Source: Gordius albopunctatus (Eukaryota). From it: a DNA stretch of 64,000 bases. The stretch covers positions 16,244,001-16,308,000 of the forward strand of contig OZ193909.1 in the NCBI GenBank assembly GCA_964276515.1. The letters are read 5' to 3'. Each line of letters opens with the position of its first letter. The first letter of the stretch is position 1. Positions 1 to 11,686 of the stretch are shown here, piece after piece. The translations under genes and the position numbers were made by a program. The notes below the pieces were generated by a model. The model was not told where the DNA came from. It made no database searches and saw only the letters and a program-made list of their open reading frames with translations.

Positions 1-281
1 CAAAAGTGATTGATAATCATAATTGTTGCAATTACAGCATACCATATAAATTAATATTAATTGTACTAGTTGTTTTCTTTACCAAAAGGTTAACACGAAT
101 AATTTGTGATGAGTTATACGTTAAGATTGAATGATTATTATATCCCTAAATTCCAATCGCCAAGGAAAAAGTAGTCGATTTAGATCAAATGAAAATAACA
201 TTTGGCTTAAAAAATTTTAATTGCTATGTATTTGATAAATGGAAGCAAAGACTTTCTAATCTATATATATAAAGTAAAGTC

Positions 282-573
282 TATGTATGTATGTATGTAT
301 GTATGTATGTATGTATGTATGTATGTATGTATGTATGTATGTATGTATGTATGTATGTATGTATGTATGTATGTATGTATGTATGTATGTATGTATGTAT
401 GTATGTATGTATGTATGTATGTATGTATGTATGTATGTATGTATGTATGTATGTATGTATGTATGTATGTATGTATGTATGTATGTATGTATGTATGTAT
501 GTATGTATGTATGTATGTATGTATGTATGTATGTATGTATGTATGTATGTATGTATGTATGTATGTATGTATG
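282..573 (+). repeat. (TATG)n microsatellite, about 73 perfect units, directly after a Helitron 5' end
   Basis: Uninterrupted TATG array. It follows TCTATATATATAAAGTAAAGTC (260-281), the same terminus seen inverted at 1374 and 17300. The MYVC/HTYI ORFs are artefacts of this repeat. Confidence 0.98.
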
Positions 574-575
574 TA

Positions 576-1374
576 GTAGCTGTGCCCGGCCAAGCGTTGC
601 TTTGGCTCAGTCCTTAAGTGGTTAAATAAGTATAACCTATTAATAAGACTACTTATCTAAAATGGGGTCATCATATATGAAATAATAATTCAAATAAATA
701 AAATATCCATAATATTTATTTAGAGCACGAATTTTATCAGGTCATGGATTTTATGAACCCACTATTTTTAGTATATATATAATATTACAAACCAAATGCG
801 AATTCTGTTTTAGTCATCAAATCCGGCTAAAATTAATTGTTTTTGAAAAAATTGCTGATTAATGCTGTTACTTATTATACAATAATACCATTATTTTATT
901 TTTCTAGTTAGCTGATTTATTTGAAATACAATTTTCTTTAATATAATATAATAATTAATTGAAGGATGGATAATTATTAAAAATATGCTTCTATGATCGA
1001 CCACGTGATAATAATTTAAATATTATGTATTTAATTTAAATAGTTTGTTAAACCCCAATTATTTTGACCGTATACTGTAACATTTTTATTATACTTTTAA
1101 ATATCTAATTCGAGAAAACTTCAGCCTTGTATGTATGACGTCATTATTGTATATGATGCTATAAATAAAACTGGCCGGGAAATGTCCGATAAATGTGCGA
1201 TATTTTTAAAACTAAAAGTTATTTTAAGAATCTGAAAAGGCTATTTTACCTCTGGCCGCCCTGGGAACCTACGGCTAAATTTTCGCGCGAATCGGGCCGG
1301 TAGTTTCAGAATTTAGCCCTTACATACATACATACATACACATAAATACATAGACTTTACTTTATATATATAGA
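576..1374 (-). mobile_element. Non-autonomous Helitron
   Basis: On the minus strand it starts A|TCTATATATATAAAG, carries a short (TATG)n and ends with a GC-rich hairpin plus GCACAGCTA(C). Both termini match the helicase-bearing copy at 15468-17300. Confidence 0.85.
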
Positions 1375-1725
1375 TAAATGGAATCCAAAAATTAGGAAAA
1401 CAACAAAGCATTCAAACAGTTTATTTATTTTAAATTATTAAAGTTATCTTACATTACATAAGATATTTATCAATTTAGAAGATAATTTAGTGAGAGCGTA
1501 GAAATATAATTTATTACACGATAAAAGAACAATGATCCAAAACTTATAAAAGAGTGAGTTTATATAGCGATAGATAAGGATAACATTCAAATGAAAATTG
1601 ATTCTGTGTGTGTATTCTTTCTATTTTCACCTTGTACGTATTACAACCAAATCTTTCCAAGGTAAGTGTAATTTGTTTCCCTACAGATACTCCCCCTCTT
1701 AAAAAAAAATATATATATATACACA

Positions 1726-4700
1726 TTATAATTTATAAGAAAAATTTTGTGGAATAGTAATAGTTCTTCCATATCTAGAAAATCGTTGTTGAACAGGTAA
1801 AGTGTTACTATAATCTTCTTTTCTTTCGATCCATGCTGGTTTAAGCCTATCAAGTGATATGGTTTCCTCTTTATTACCCTTTTCCACTATGAAAAATTTC
1901 TTTCTCCTTTTTAGTACTTTAAAGGGTCCATCATATGGGGGTTGTAAAGATTTTCTGACCGTGTCATTGCGCACAAAAACATAATCTGATGTTTTTAGAT
2001 TGTTAGGGATATATTCCTTCTTATCATGTCTTCTGGTAGGGCAAAATTTTAGATTTTGCATTATTTCTTTAAGTCTAATTACATAACCTGGTTTTGATGA
2101 GTCTATGAACGATTTTTGAAAATATTCCCCTGGTAGCCTTAACGTCGTTCCATAAACCATTTCCGAAGGGGTGTATCCGATATCTTCTTTAATTGTCGAC
2201 CTAATGCTGAGAAGAATTAATGGTAGTGTTTCACTCCATTTTGTCGTATCTTCTTGTGACATGATGGAAGCTTTTAATTGCCTATGAAAGCGTTCAACTA
2301 AACCATTAGAACACGGGTGATAGGCTGTAGTTTTGATATGGTCAAATCCTAATGTGGATGATAATTCTCGAAATAAACAGGATGTAAATTGAGCACCTCT
2401 ATCAGTAGTTATAATCTTTGGGACACCAAAGTTGGCAATCCAATGTTGAATAAATATTCTTGCTAAATTTTCGGCTGATATATCGTTGATTGGTATTGCG
2501 ATTGGCCATCTCGTAAAGCGATCGATGGCTGTAAGAATATGGGTGTAGTGAGATGAAGGTGGCAAAGGGCCTACCACATCCATATGTACGTGACTGAACC
2601 TTTCGTCGGTGTCGTCAAAAGTGCCAGGGGAAGTAATAGTGTGTTTGTTCACTTTAGACTTTTGACATTTTATGCATTCTTTTGTCCAATTCCGAATATC
2701 TTTATTCATCGAGGGCCACACAAAACTGCGAGTAATTAGTCTTTGAGTTGCTCGAATCCCGGGATGTGAAAGAGAGTGAAAGTGATCGAAGAAATCCTTT
2801 CTTAGTTTTGTTGGTATAAGTGGTCGAGGTGAACCTGTCGATATGTCGCAAAGAATGTCTTCTTGACAACCAGGTCTTTTTAATTTTACGAGACGTAAAG
2901 ATTTAGTGTTGAGCAATAACTCAGTATCATTCATTTGGTTCAAGACTATTTGAATCTCATTCGGACAAATAGGTAAAGTTAAAGAATTTATGTCTGATCG
3001 AGATAGTGTGTCCGCTGTAATATTACTATTACCTTTTATAAAGCGAATGTCAGTGCTGAATTGAGAGACATAATCTAAATGTCGGATTTCTCTGGGTGAA
3101 TAACGATCAATTTTTGCCTGGAAAGAATAAATTAAAGGTTTATGATCCGTAAATATAGTAAAATTGCGTCCCTCTAGTATGTGTTTGAAATGTTTAATCG
3201 CCAAAAAAATAGCTAGTAATTCTCGACTAAATGTACTATAGCGTGCTTGAGCTGCTGATAATTTTTGAGAAAAAAAGGCTAATGGTTCTTGTTTGTGATT
3301 GCTTACCTGATGCAAAACTCCCCCAACTGCTATGTTCGAAGCATCTGTGGTTAATGTTAACCAACTGTTTGATTTCAAAAATCCTAAATTGGTTGCTTTA
3401 ATTATACTTTCTTTTAAGAGAATAAATGAATTCATTTCTACCTCCATTAATTTAATATCTTTCTCATCATTGTTTAATAAGTCGGTAAGTGGTTTCGAAA
3501 TTGAAGCACAATTTGGTATAAAACGTCTATAAAAATTCACCATACCTAAAAAACGTTTCAAACTTTTCATGGTTTGAGGAATTGGAAAATCCCTAATTGC
3601 ATCAATTTTGTTTGACAAGGGGCGTATGCCATTTTGATCGACATGATGACCGAGAAAGTTTAATGATTTTACCCCCAAAGAACATTTTGATAGATTTATG
3701 CGAATACCGTATGTTTGTAATCGTTTAAAAACGGTTGAGAGGTGTAATTTGTGTTCATGTTCTGTGGAACTGGCGATAAGTATATCATCGATGTAAGCAT
3801 ACACAAAATCTAAACCATTAAAAATTTCATCTATTAGGCGCTGAAATGTTTGTGCTGCGTTCCGCACTCCGAACGGCATTCTTACAAATTCAAACAGTCC
3901 AAAAGGTGTTGTGATTGCGGTCTTAGGGATGTCCTCTGGTGCCATCGGAATTTGATGGTAAGCTTTTACTAAATCCAACTTTGAAAAAATGCATTTACCT
4001 GTTAGATTTAAAGCGAAATCATGTAGATGTGGAATGGGGTATCTATCAGGTTTTGTTGCGTAATTAAGCATTCTAAAATCTCCACATGGACGCCATGTCC
4101 CTGGGGTCTCTTTTGGTACCATATGTAAGGGGGATGACCATTTACTATGTGAGGGTTTTATTATGCCTAATCTACTCATCTCTTCAAATTCTTTTTTTGC
4201 TATTTTAAATTTTTCGGGATTTAAACGTCGTGGAGAACAATGTATCGCGGGTCCTTTCGTTATTATATGGTGTTGGGTATTATGTTTCACTTTGTCATTA
4301 AAATCTGGTGGCTTTGTAATATCAGGAAATTGTTTTAATATAGAGTAAAAATCATTATCCTGTGGAATTGGACTGTTTATAGATGACATTGAGGAATTGG
4401 TTATATTCGATAATTTTAGAGAATAATTTTGTGGATTAATTATGCGTTTATTTTTAACATCAATTATTAAACCAAAGTGTGATATAAAATCTGAACCTAA
4501 TATCGGTGAATGAACGTCTGCGATCAAAAAAGTCCAGTTAAATTCTCTTTTTAAACCTATATCTAATTTTAACGATATTTGTCCGTAAGTATTTATATTG
4601 CTCGAATTAGCTGCTTTTAAACATAATTTATTTAATGTTACTTTAGTTTTTGTTGTCGGTGGAATTACACTAATTTGGGCTCCCGTGTCAATCAGATAAC

Positions 4701-4827
4701 GTAAACCTGATATTTTGTCAAAAACATAGAAAAGGCGATTATGGTTGATATGGCCGAATCCAGCTATCGCCTTTACTGGTAGGCCTGCCTGTTTAACCCT
4801 TTTCCAAAATAACATGGTTCGACACAC
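1726..4827 (-). CDS. pol: Gypsy Pol polyprotein (protease-RT-RNase H-integrase)
   Basis: LIDTGA protease motif, RT YIDD, RNase H LTTDAS, integrase HHCC/DDE core and GPY/F-type PPYDGPF. It overlaps gag in the -1 frame. Confidence 0.97.
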   Translation of the reverse strand: MCRTMLFWKRVKQAGLPVKAIAGFGHINHNRLFYVFDKISGLRYLIDTGAQISVIPPTTKTKVTLNKLCLKAANSSNINTYGQISLKLDIGLKREFNWTFLIADVHSPILGSDFISHFGLIIDVKNKRIINPQNYSLKLSNITNSSMSSINSPIPQDNDFYSILKQFPDITKPPDFNDKVKHNTQHHIITKGPAIHCSPRRLNPEKFKIAKKEFEEMSRLGIIKPSHSKWSSPLHMVPKETPGTWRPCGDFRMLNYATKPDRYPIPHLHDFALNLTGKCIFSKLDLVKAYHQIPMAPEDIPKTAITTPFGLFEFVRMPFGVRNAAQTFQRLIDEIFNGLDFVYAYIDDILIASSTEHEHKLHLSTVFKRLQTYGIRINLSKCSLGVKSLNFLGHHVDQNGIRPLSNKIDAIRDFPIPQTMKSLKRFLGMVNFYRRFIPNCASISKPLTDLLNNDEKDIKLMEVEMNSFILLKESIIKATNLGFLKSNSWLTLTTDASNIAVGGVLHQVSNHKQEPLAFFSQKLSAAQARYSTFSRELLAIFLAIKHFKHILEGRNFTIFTDHKPLIYSFQAKIDRYSPREIRHLDYVSQFSTDIRFIKGNSNITADTLSRSDINSLTLPICPNEIQIVLNQMNDTELLLNTKSLRLVKLKRPGCQEDILCDISTGSPRPLIPTKLRKDFFDHFHSLSHPGIRATQRLITRSFVWPSMNKDIRNWTKECIKCQKSKVNKHTITSPGTFDDTDERFSHVHMDVVGPLPPSSHYTHILTAIDRFTRWPIAIPINDISAENLARIFIQHWIANFGVPKIITTDRGAQFTSCLFRELSSTLGFDHIKTTAYHPCSNGLVERFHRQLKASIMSQEDTTKWSETLPLILLSIRSTIKEDIGYTPSEMVYGTTLRLPGEYFQKSFIDSSKPGYVIRLKEIMQNLKFCPTRRHDKKEYIPNNLKTSDYVFVRNDTVRKSLQPPYDGPFKVLKRRKKFFIVEKGNKEETISLDRLKPAWIERKEDYSNTLPVQQRFSRYGRTITIPQNFSYKL

Positions 4828-5534
4828 TTCCTGGCGTTTGATCCCCAGGTGTCATGATACCAGCACAATGGTCTGTTGTTTGAAATCCCAGAAGAGTGAT
4901 AAGGGGTCTGGGGTTGACCTATCTTTTCTAATGTCCTATTTAGAGCAGATAAAACCTCTGTTAGTTCTTTAGAGTATGCATCAGTGGAGTGTTTTTTTTG
5001 GTTATGAATGTTATTAACATAATTAGTTGTTTTTTTTGACAGCACGATGCGGTCGGCTGTTTCAGCCAATTTCTCCAGTGTAGTATCTTCATTAAACGAG
5101 ACCAATATGGGAATGAGTTCACCAGGCAATTTGTTGAGCCAGAGTTCCTTTAGAATCTTTTGGTCAAGAACGTATGTTCCCACTAAACTCTTCATGTATC
5201 GTAAAAGCTGCGATGGGGATCTATCCCCTAAATCCACTGCTTTTAAAAATTCCATCAATCTTGATTCATCTGATTCGCCAACCCTCTTGATAAGTGCTTG
5301 TTTGAGTTTCTGAAATGGTTGATCAGTTGGAATATTAATGATTAAATCCTCCACCTCTTCAGCGATTTCGGGTGGTAACGTTTCAAGAATATAACCAAAT
5401 TTTGATTTTTCGGAGGTAATTCTTCTTGCCTGGAATACGGCCTCTGCCTGGGCCAACCAAATTCTGACATTTCTGCGATAAAATGTGGGTATCTTCAGCT
5501 GTATAGTTGCTTCAATCTCTTGTTTATTTTCCAT
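4773..5534 (-). CDS. gag: Gypsy Gag
   Basis: ATG at 5534 (MENKQEIE...). N-terminal P.F......WLAQAEAVF motif and C-terminal CWYH...C...C knuckle typical of this Gypsy group. The longer ORF-track start lies inside the LTR. Confidence 0.9.
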   Translation of the reverse strand: MENKQEIEATIQLKIPTFYRRNVRIWLAQAEAVFQARRITSEKSKFGYILETLPPEIAEEVEDLIINIPTDQPFQKLKQALIKRVGESDESRLMEFLKAVDLGDRSPSQLLRYMKSLVGTYVLDQKILKELWLNKLPGELIPILVSFNEDTTLEKLAETADRIVLSKKTTNYVNNIHNQKKHSTDAYSKELTEVLSALNRTLEKIGQPQTPYHSSGISNNRPLCWYHDTWGSNARKCVEPCYFGKGLNRQAYQ

Positions 5535-5615
5535 TTTAATGAATAATATTTGGAAAAAAAAAATTGTTTGCGAACGATAACTAATTAATCTCTGAGATTG
5601 TTGAGGGGAAAAAAG

Positions 5616-5628
5616 GTCGGGGTCACCA
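5616..5628 (-). promoter_or_regulatory. Primer-binding site complementary to the tRNA-Trp 3' end
   Basis: TGGTGACCCCGAC 2 nt downstream of the 5' LTR. Eukaryotic tRNA-Trp ends ...GUCGGGGUCACCA (established knowledge). Confidence 0.85.
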
Positions 5629-5937
5629 TTTTTAGTGAGAGCGTAGAAATATAATTTATTACACGATAAAAGAACAATGATCCAAAACTTATAAAAGAGT
5701 GAGTTTATATAGCGATAGATAAGGATAACATTCAAATGAAAATTGATTCTGTGTGTGTATTCTTTCTATTTTCACCTTGTACGTATTACAACCAAATCTT
5801 TCCAAGGTAAGTGTAATTTGTTTCCCTACAATAATAACAACCCCTTTCAGGAGAAATAGCTGAGAAAATACACATAGAAAATGAAACATCCACTCTTCCT
5901 ACCATGAAGGGCTTAATAGTATCAGAGGGCCCTCTCT

Positions 5938-6377
5938 CTGAAAAGGGTTGTTATTATCTTCTAAATTATATCATTAACATGCAATTTATTTACTAATTTC
6001 TAATATAATAAAACAAAATAATTATTACTACCATAATTATCGGGGTTATTTCATAGCCACCTTAAGAATGGATTAAATCTAATTTGTGCATTTTATATAC
6101 CTATCTCGCTTAGTGTGTGACTAGAGGATTAACTATGGCATACTGATGAGCTCTAATAAGAGCGAAAACGTTATATGTCTGTTATCATTTTCGAGTCACA
6201 TACTAAAAAAGATAGGGATATACATAGTTCAAATTAGTCTCTAATTAAAATTGCCCATAGATGGCGCTAATTAGAGTATTCTTTTAATTTAATTGCGGGC
6301 ACTCCTGAAAGGGGTTGTTATTATCTTCTAAATTATATCATTAACCTGCAATTTATTTACTAATTTCTAATATAATA
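5938..6377 (+). mobile_element. Hammerhead-containing 367-bp unit with ~73-bp terminal direct repeat (retrozyme / Penelope pLTR-like)
   Basis: 5938-6010 is nearly identical to 6305-6377. An inverted partial copy lies at 1472-1485 plus 5831-5852, split by the Gypsy insertion. A diverged copy of the 3' half lies at about 15170-15330. Confidence 0.7.
6137..6179 (+). ncRNA. Type I hammerhead ribozyme (minimal helix III form)
   Basis: Helix I GGCAUA/UAUGUC; CUGAUGA (6143-6149); helix II GCUCU-AAUA-AGAGC; GAA; palindromic helix III AACGUU; cleavage triplet UUA with predicted cut after 6173. Confidence 0.9.
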
Positions 6378-7540
6378 TTTATAAATGTTTAATATTTGCA
6401 AGATAATTTTTAAGTTGATATCTAATATAATAGCACTTAATTGAATTGTCCATATGACAGTCAGGTCGAATTTGGGAAAGCCAAAAGCGATTTTGCGGGC
6501 CTCTCTAAATAACGGCTTTTAATTTTTACTAAAAATTTCAACACACATTTATAAAATATGATGCTACTAAGCCTTTTGTTTATACACCTTAATTCCTGTC
6601 CAATTAAAAATAAAAGCTTAAAAACAGCTATTTAAAATAATTAAATGTCATTTGAGACACTGTGTGTTTAGAGGTAATATAAAATTGTGATGTATTAGTA
6701 TTTTCGGTTATTCCTTTAAAAACGACAGGTTTTAACATTAAATGATGAAAAAGATAGAGAAATTTTAAAATTCAACTCGACAATACCCTGCATTAATGAT
6801 AATCTTTAATTTTGATTTAGCCAAAAAGCAGCCATTCACTGCCATGCTATTCATATCTATAAATAAATTAATCTGATATAATTTTTCATTAAACTAGTTT
6901 TTGTTAACTTATAGTAAATTAAAAAATTTAATGTGGCCCAGAATCGATAATGTATCTTTTTTAATATTTCTTATTTAATTAAATAACTTAATTATTTATA
7001 AATAAATATCTTTGTCTAATTTAATAGTGATGGCATTTGATTTAAAATAGAAAATGGCTAGATAATTACACCATAGATAACTCTTTTTAACAAATAAGTA
7101 ATTAATATGATTGGCCACATTAAAATATAATGAAATGTATTTGTCATTAAAATTTAAATCGATAAATTCATACTTTCCCACTTAATTTTTTAGTTTTATG
7201 TAATTAAATTTTAAATTAATAGGGAACCAACAAAATAATAGGTAGGCAAGAATTTTTATGATAATTGTATTATCCATATTATAATTTTCCAGTTGTTAAC
7301 CGATTTCGGAGAAAAATAGCAATTATTAAAACCTAAATTGCATAAACAGCAGGAATTTTTTAATCATTTTTTTAAGATACGTCTAATAAACGTGGTATAT
7401 CAATTATTCGCTTTAAAGGAAATTTATAATATCCATGCATTTTAAATGTGTTTTAATTTTAACCCTTTTCACTCAGATTTAAACACAAAACGGTAATTAG
7501 TATGAAATATCTTTTAATATAAAAGCAAGTTTCCATTACA

Positions 7541-7701
<161 letters not shown>

Positions 7702-9116
7702 TTTTTACTTTTAACAAAGCGATATTATAATTAATACATGTAATAAATCACACAGAATTTTTGGCAATATATAAATTAAGTATTACTTCTACAATCGAAT
7801 TCACAAGAATAGTAAGCAATAGAACAGCGATCCAATCAGTAGAAATTCGGATCACTCCTACCAATAATTCTAATATATAACTACTAGCAATAGCTGAGGG
7901 ACAATTACTTTTCGCCTAACTCCCAGCAAAACTTTGGAATAAAGAGATCGATGATTATGACAATAACAAAAATTGGACTTTATAATGGTAGGAACAAGCA
8001 TGATATGCGAATCTTGTTTGTTATATATCACCAATATTAAAAGGGAAATTGGCTTTCCGATAGTATTAAACCAGAATCCTTCTGGCTGATTGTGTAAAAT
8101 AATGCGGAACTTTGGAAAAACTAAAGATCGATATCTCACTATCTTCTATCTAGATCTTACTTATGATTACAAACATCTGTTTCAAATCCTTCAGTTATCT
8201 CATTATCAATATACATGAATATCATTAGGTAAATAAATTTTTTTAGCAGTATCCTATTAATTTTTTTAAACCTTTTGCACATAATTTGTTTTAAAGGAAA
8301 TTTTAAACCATAGTGATATTTTAGAGCATTTTGATAAGTCATCTAATGAGCTTACTCAATGAAGTCAGCGATTTATTGCAATGTGAGTCATTGGTTAATT
8401 GGAGTAGAAGTGCTATATGATGAGCTATTAAGGGTTCCTAATATTTGGAATTAACACTTTTTAAGCATGATATTCTGGTAAAGTGTTGAAAAAAATATAT
8501 CCGAAATTTCGTTTAAACAATATTGTTGAAAGGGATTAAAAAAAGTAATATAAATTGAAGAATTTTTCGCTAGATCTAAAGAAATATTTTATATCAAACC
8601 ATAAATTATTTGCCGCAAAGTATGATGGAATGTTTAATTTTCGCACTTCTTGATAGTTAGGCTTAGGGCGATGTTGTTGATACGTGAATAGGGACAAAAT
8701 TTGATTGTAGAATGTTTTAATTCTAGTTAATAAATAAAGTTTTGCAAAAAATAACTCGCAAGAATTTATTATGAAAAGCAATGTCATTTTAGTTGCTTTT
8801 TAGATCCATTTGAACAGTATTTAATCCAAGTATTTTAAATTATTTGCTTTGTTTTTAAGTTTGCGGCCCGCAATCAAAAATTCATCTAACTCTAGGAAAT
8901 AAATTAAATTTATGAATTGCTTTATGACATAAAATCTTTTATTGAAAACTACTTTAATTCCTCTTGGGTCTCCCCCAATCGTAGGGTTTGTTTTGGTCAA
9001 TTTCTTCCATCCTAATCGAGTAATAACCATGTCCACTCATCCCCGACACCTTTATAATCAAGCCTTATAATTTACATTACACACCCCTTTTAGTATATGT
9101 TCATGACACCTTAAAC

Positions 9117-9295
9117 CACGAGCGTAGCCAAGGGGGGGGGGGTAGGGAAGGCTGACTGCCCCCCTCTGAATCCAGAAATCCTTTTAAATTTCATATAAAT
9201 ATGGCTAAATTTTCAAAAATTACCATTTTGCCCCCCCCCCTCCATTAATCATTATTGCCCCTTCTAATTCCAAACCTGGCTAGGCTCATGCCGTG
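9117..9295. mobile_element. hAT-type MITE (CATG(A/G)GCGTAGCC family)
   Basis: Imperfect TIRs with G/C runs; 8-bp TSD CCTTAAAC on both sides. Relatives at 28482-28620, ~49940-50091, 54307-54429 and 55781-56055. Confidence 0.75.
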
Positions 9296-10211
9296 CCTTA
9301 AACGATTTTCATGTATATTAACTTTCTTTCCGTAGCGCTTAATATTCATGTTTAACTTCCGTTTTAATTCAGCTATATATTTTTGTTTAATTTCTTAATA
9401 ATAAATACCAAATTTTTGGATTTTTACATATGTATTTTTTAATTGCTATGCAATTTATGGGCTCGCTTTTTGTTGTCCGTCCGTCCGTCCAACGTTCTTA
9501 ATTCTACTGATAATTCTTAATTGCTGGTTCGAATCCCGAAGAGGGCAAATTTTTTTACTTTTTTTAAATTAATATATTGTTCTTGTTAATACCATTGATA
9601 ATATGACTTTTTGACCGTGTCCTGGCTACTGACCAATGAAAAAATGACCATTGGCCAAAGTATAAATCGGTATTTTGTTTTCGTTTTTTGAATTGCCATA
9701 TTAGGTTAACATTGATAATTACCTATGCCCCTACAAGGGCCTATGCCTCTACTGATATGGGTACCTGTGCCCCCCCCCCTACAAAGGCTTATTTTTTAAT
9801 TAAATTAATATATTGTTCTTGTTAATAGAAAAAATGACCAAAGGCTAATGTTTGATTAGAAAATTTTTTCGTTTTTTTAATATCTTGTTTATACTATACA
9901 TATGCGCATGATTTGAATAGAGTTTATAACCCGACAGGTACCAGACCCAGTTCGGCCGAAAATATTTTTATTAAATTTTTTCCTGGGCTTTCTTACATGC
10001 TAAATAAAGCTAAACAATTGAAAAATTTCGAAAAAAATAATTTACTTTGAGAAAAAAATGGGTGTCACCTATAGGTTACACTGGGCAGCACAAATATACT
10101 CGCGTATAAAGAATTTATTAAATTTCACAATTATGTGTGCAATAAATATGAGTTTTTTTTATAAAATACATAAAAATTTATTAACTAACAAATAAATGAA
10201 TATAAAATATG

Positions 10212-11500
10212 TTAATTATTATGATATATTGACCAACAATGTATGTGAAGGCCTACCTTACAATATACACATAAAAATCTAGTAGCTTTATGACAGACGA
10301 CACAACGCCTCTGAGTACACGATTCCTTTTGATGTAAAGTTATATTATTCTTAAAATTAGTTAATTTAGGGTTTAAAATCCGTTTGCGCGGTTGTCCGTA
10401 ATTTTTAAAATAATTTTGCACTATCTCTCTTTTGAAATTACATAATGTAATTTTTTCCCTATTTTTGCAATATAGATGCCATGCATTTTGGCATGCAGCA
10501 TCTAGCCCAAATGCAAATATTGGAAAATACCATTTTCTGCAGCGAAACGATACTCTAGTTGCATCCATATTTTGGTCAAAGCTGTCGACACCGCCCATAA
10601 AACAATTATACATTTTGATCATATGAGGACATTGAATTAAATTTTTTTTCTATTTATTTCGCTTTAGTGATTCTTCCAATAGAGGTGATAGGCTTAACCC
10701 CGTGACAATTTGACAACATTGTGCCAATATTATTATCATTCGATCGGACGGCCATCAAATAGGTGTTTTTTTATAAAAACCCTCGTTCTTTTACATTGAT
10801 GATCGGGCATTTTAAACGATTGACCGGCACCGTTCCTGTGCCCCCAATATTTATCTTTGAAAGACATCTCATTAAATTGTGTCTCGTAAAAAATTATAGA
10901 AATATCAATATTGTATGGACAAAATTCTGGTAGTAGTTGATTTACTATGTCTAATATTACCGCTCCTCCTAAACTTATTTCGTTTTTTCGATTTACGGAA
11001 AATTTAGCCCCCTGGTAAGGTTATAATGTGACAAGGTAGCCATTTTTTGTTGCAGCACACTACATGTTATAGCCGAAATGAAAAGGCTTGCTTTTTATAA
11101 ATTGATTTGCATTGTGGTGCCCTAAATAAGGAACCATTCACTCATCCATGGATATGTGAGAAGAGCTGCGTTGTTTAAAGTTGCTTGAGCTTTTTATTTA
11201 AAAGATCCATATAATCTCGAACTTTGAAAAAAGTGTCAACCCTTACCAATTTGCTGTTTATCGGCCAAATGTATATATTTAATTATTTCTTGGAAGCCAT
11301 TCTACGCATTTCATTAGATAACATTTGGTTAAAACAGTCAACTCTGAGCTCCCAAAACATTTTAATATTTTTAGGAAACAAGTAGCCCGTTATAAAAAGA
11401 ATTGAGATATAGGCTTTAAATTGATGAACAGTTAAATTTAGGTTGTAGTTATGCTGAGAAGCATATAAATTACCCATATTCACCACATACAAAAAAAAGA
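10212..11500 (-). pseudogene. piggyBac (PGBD-like) transposase, frameshifted
   Basis: YN..MGGVD.FDQ and RKWY motifs, C-terminal Cys-rich domain CVVC...C..C...LH..CW..YH. Upstream fragments (SMDE, KPFHFG) carry stops and frameshifts. Confidence 0.88.
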
Positions 11501-11686
11501 AATTGTTAAGTAATCTTCAGGATTTTAAAAGTGGACGGGGTAAAAGGTTAAATTAATTATATAATTTTTACCTCAAATCGATATTAACTTTGTAATAAGG
11601 ATATTTTTATACGAGATTACTTATAAAAAATTAAATTAAAGCGAATAAAAAAGTAGCATTACTCATTACATTAGCTTACGTATGGA

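Larger units (their letters stand above)
1486..5830 (-). mobile_element. Full-length Ty3/Gypsy LTR retrotransposon (4.3 kb), apparently intact and recent
   Basis: LTRs at 1486-1685 and 5631-5830 (200 bp, no differences seen by eye). PBS TGGTGACCCCGAC after the 5' LTR, PPT AAGAGGGGGAG before the 3' LTR, TSD ATAA(T), uninterrupted gag and pol ORFs. Confidence 0.97.

Noticed and set aside
234..244. GATAAATGGAA repeated at 234 and 1373 as a TSD
   Set aside because: It is offset 15 nt from the left boundary and overlaps the right terminus; Helitrons do not make TSDs.
226..625. MYVC/HTYI repeat ORFs
   Set aside because: Translations of the (TATG)n microsatellite.
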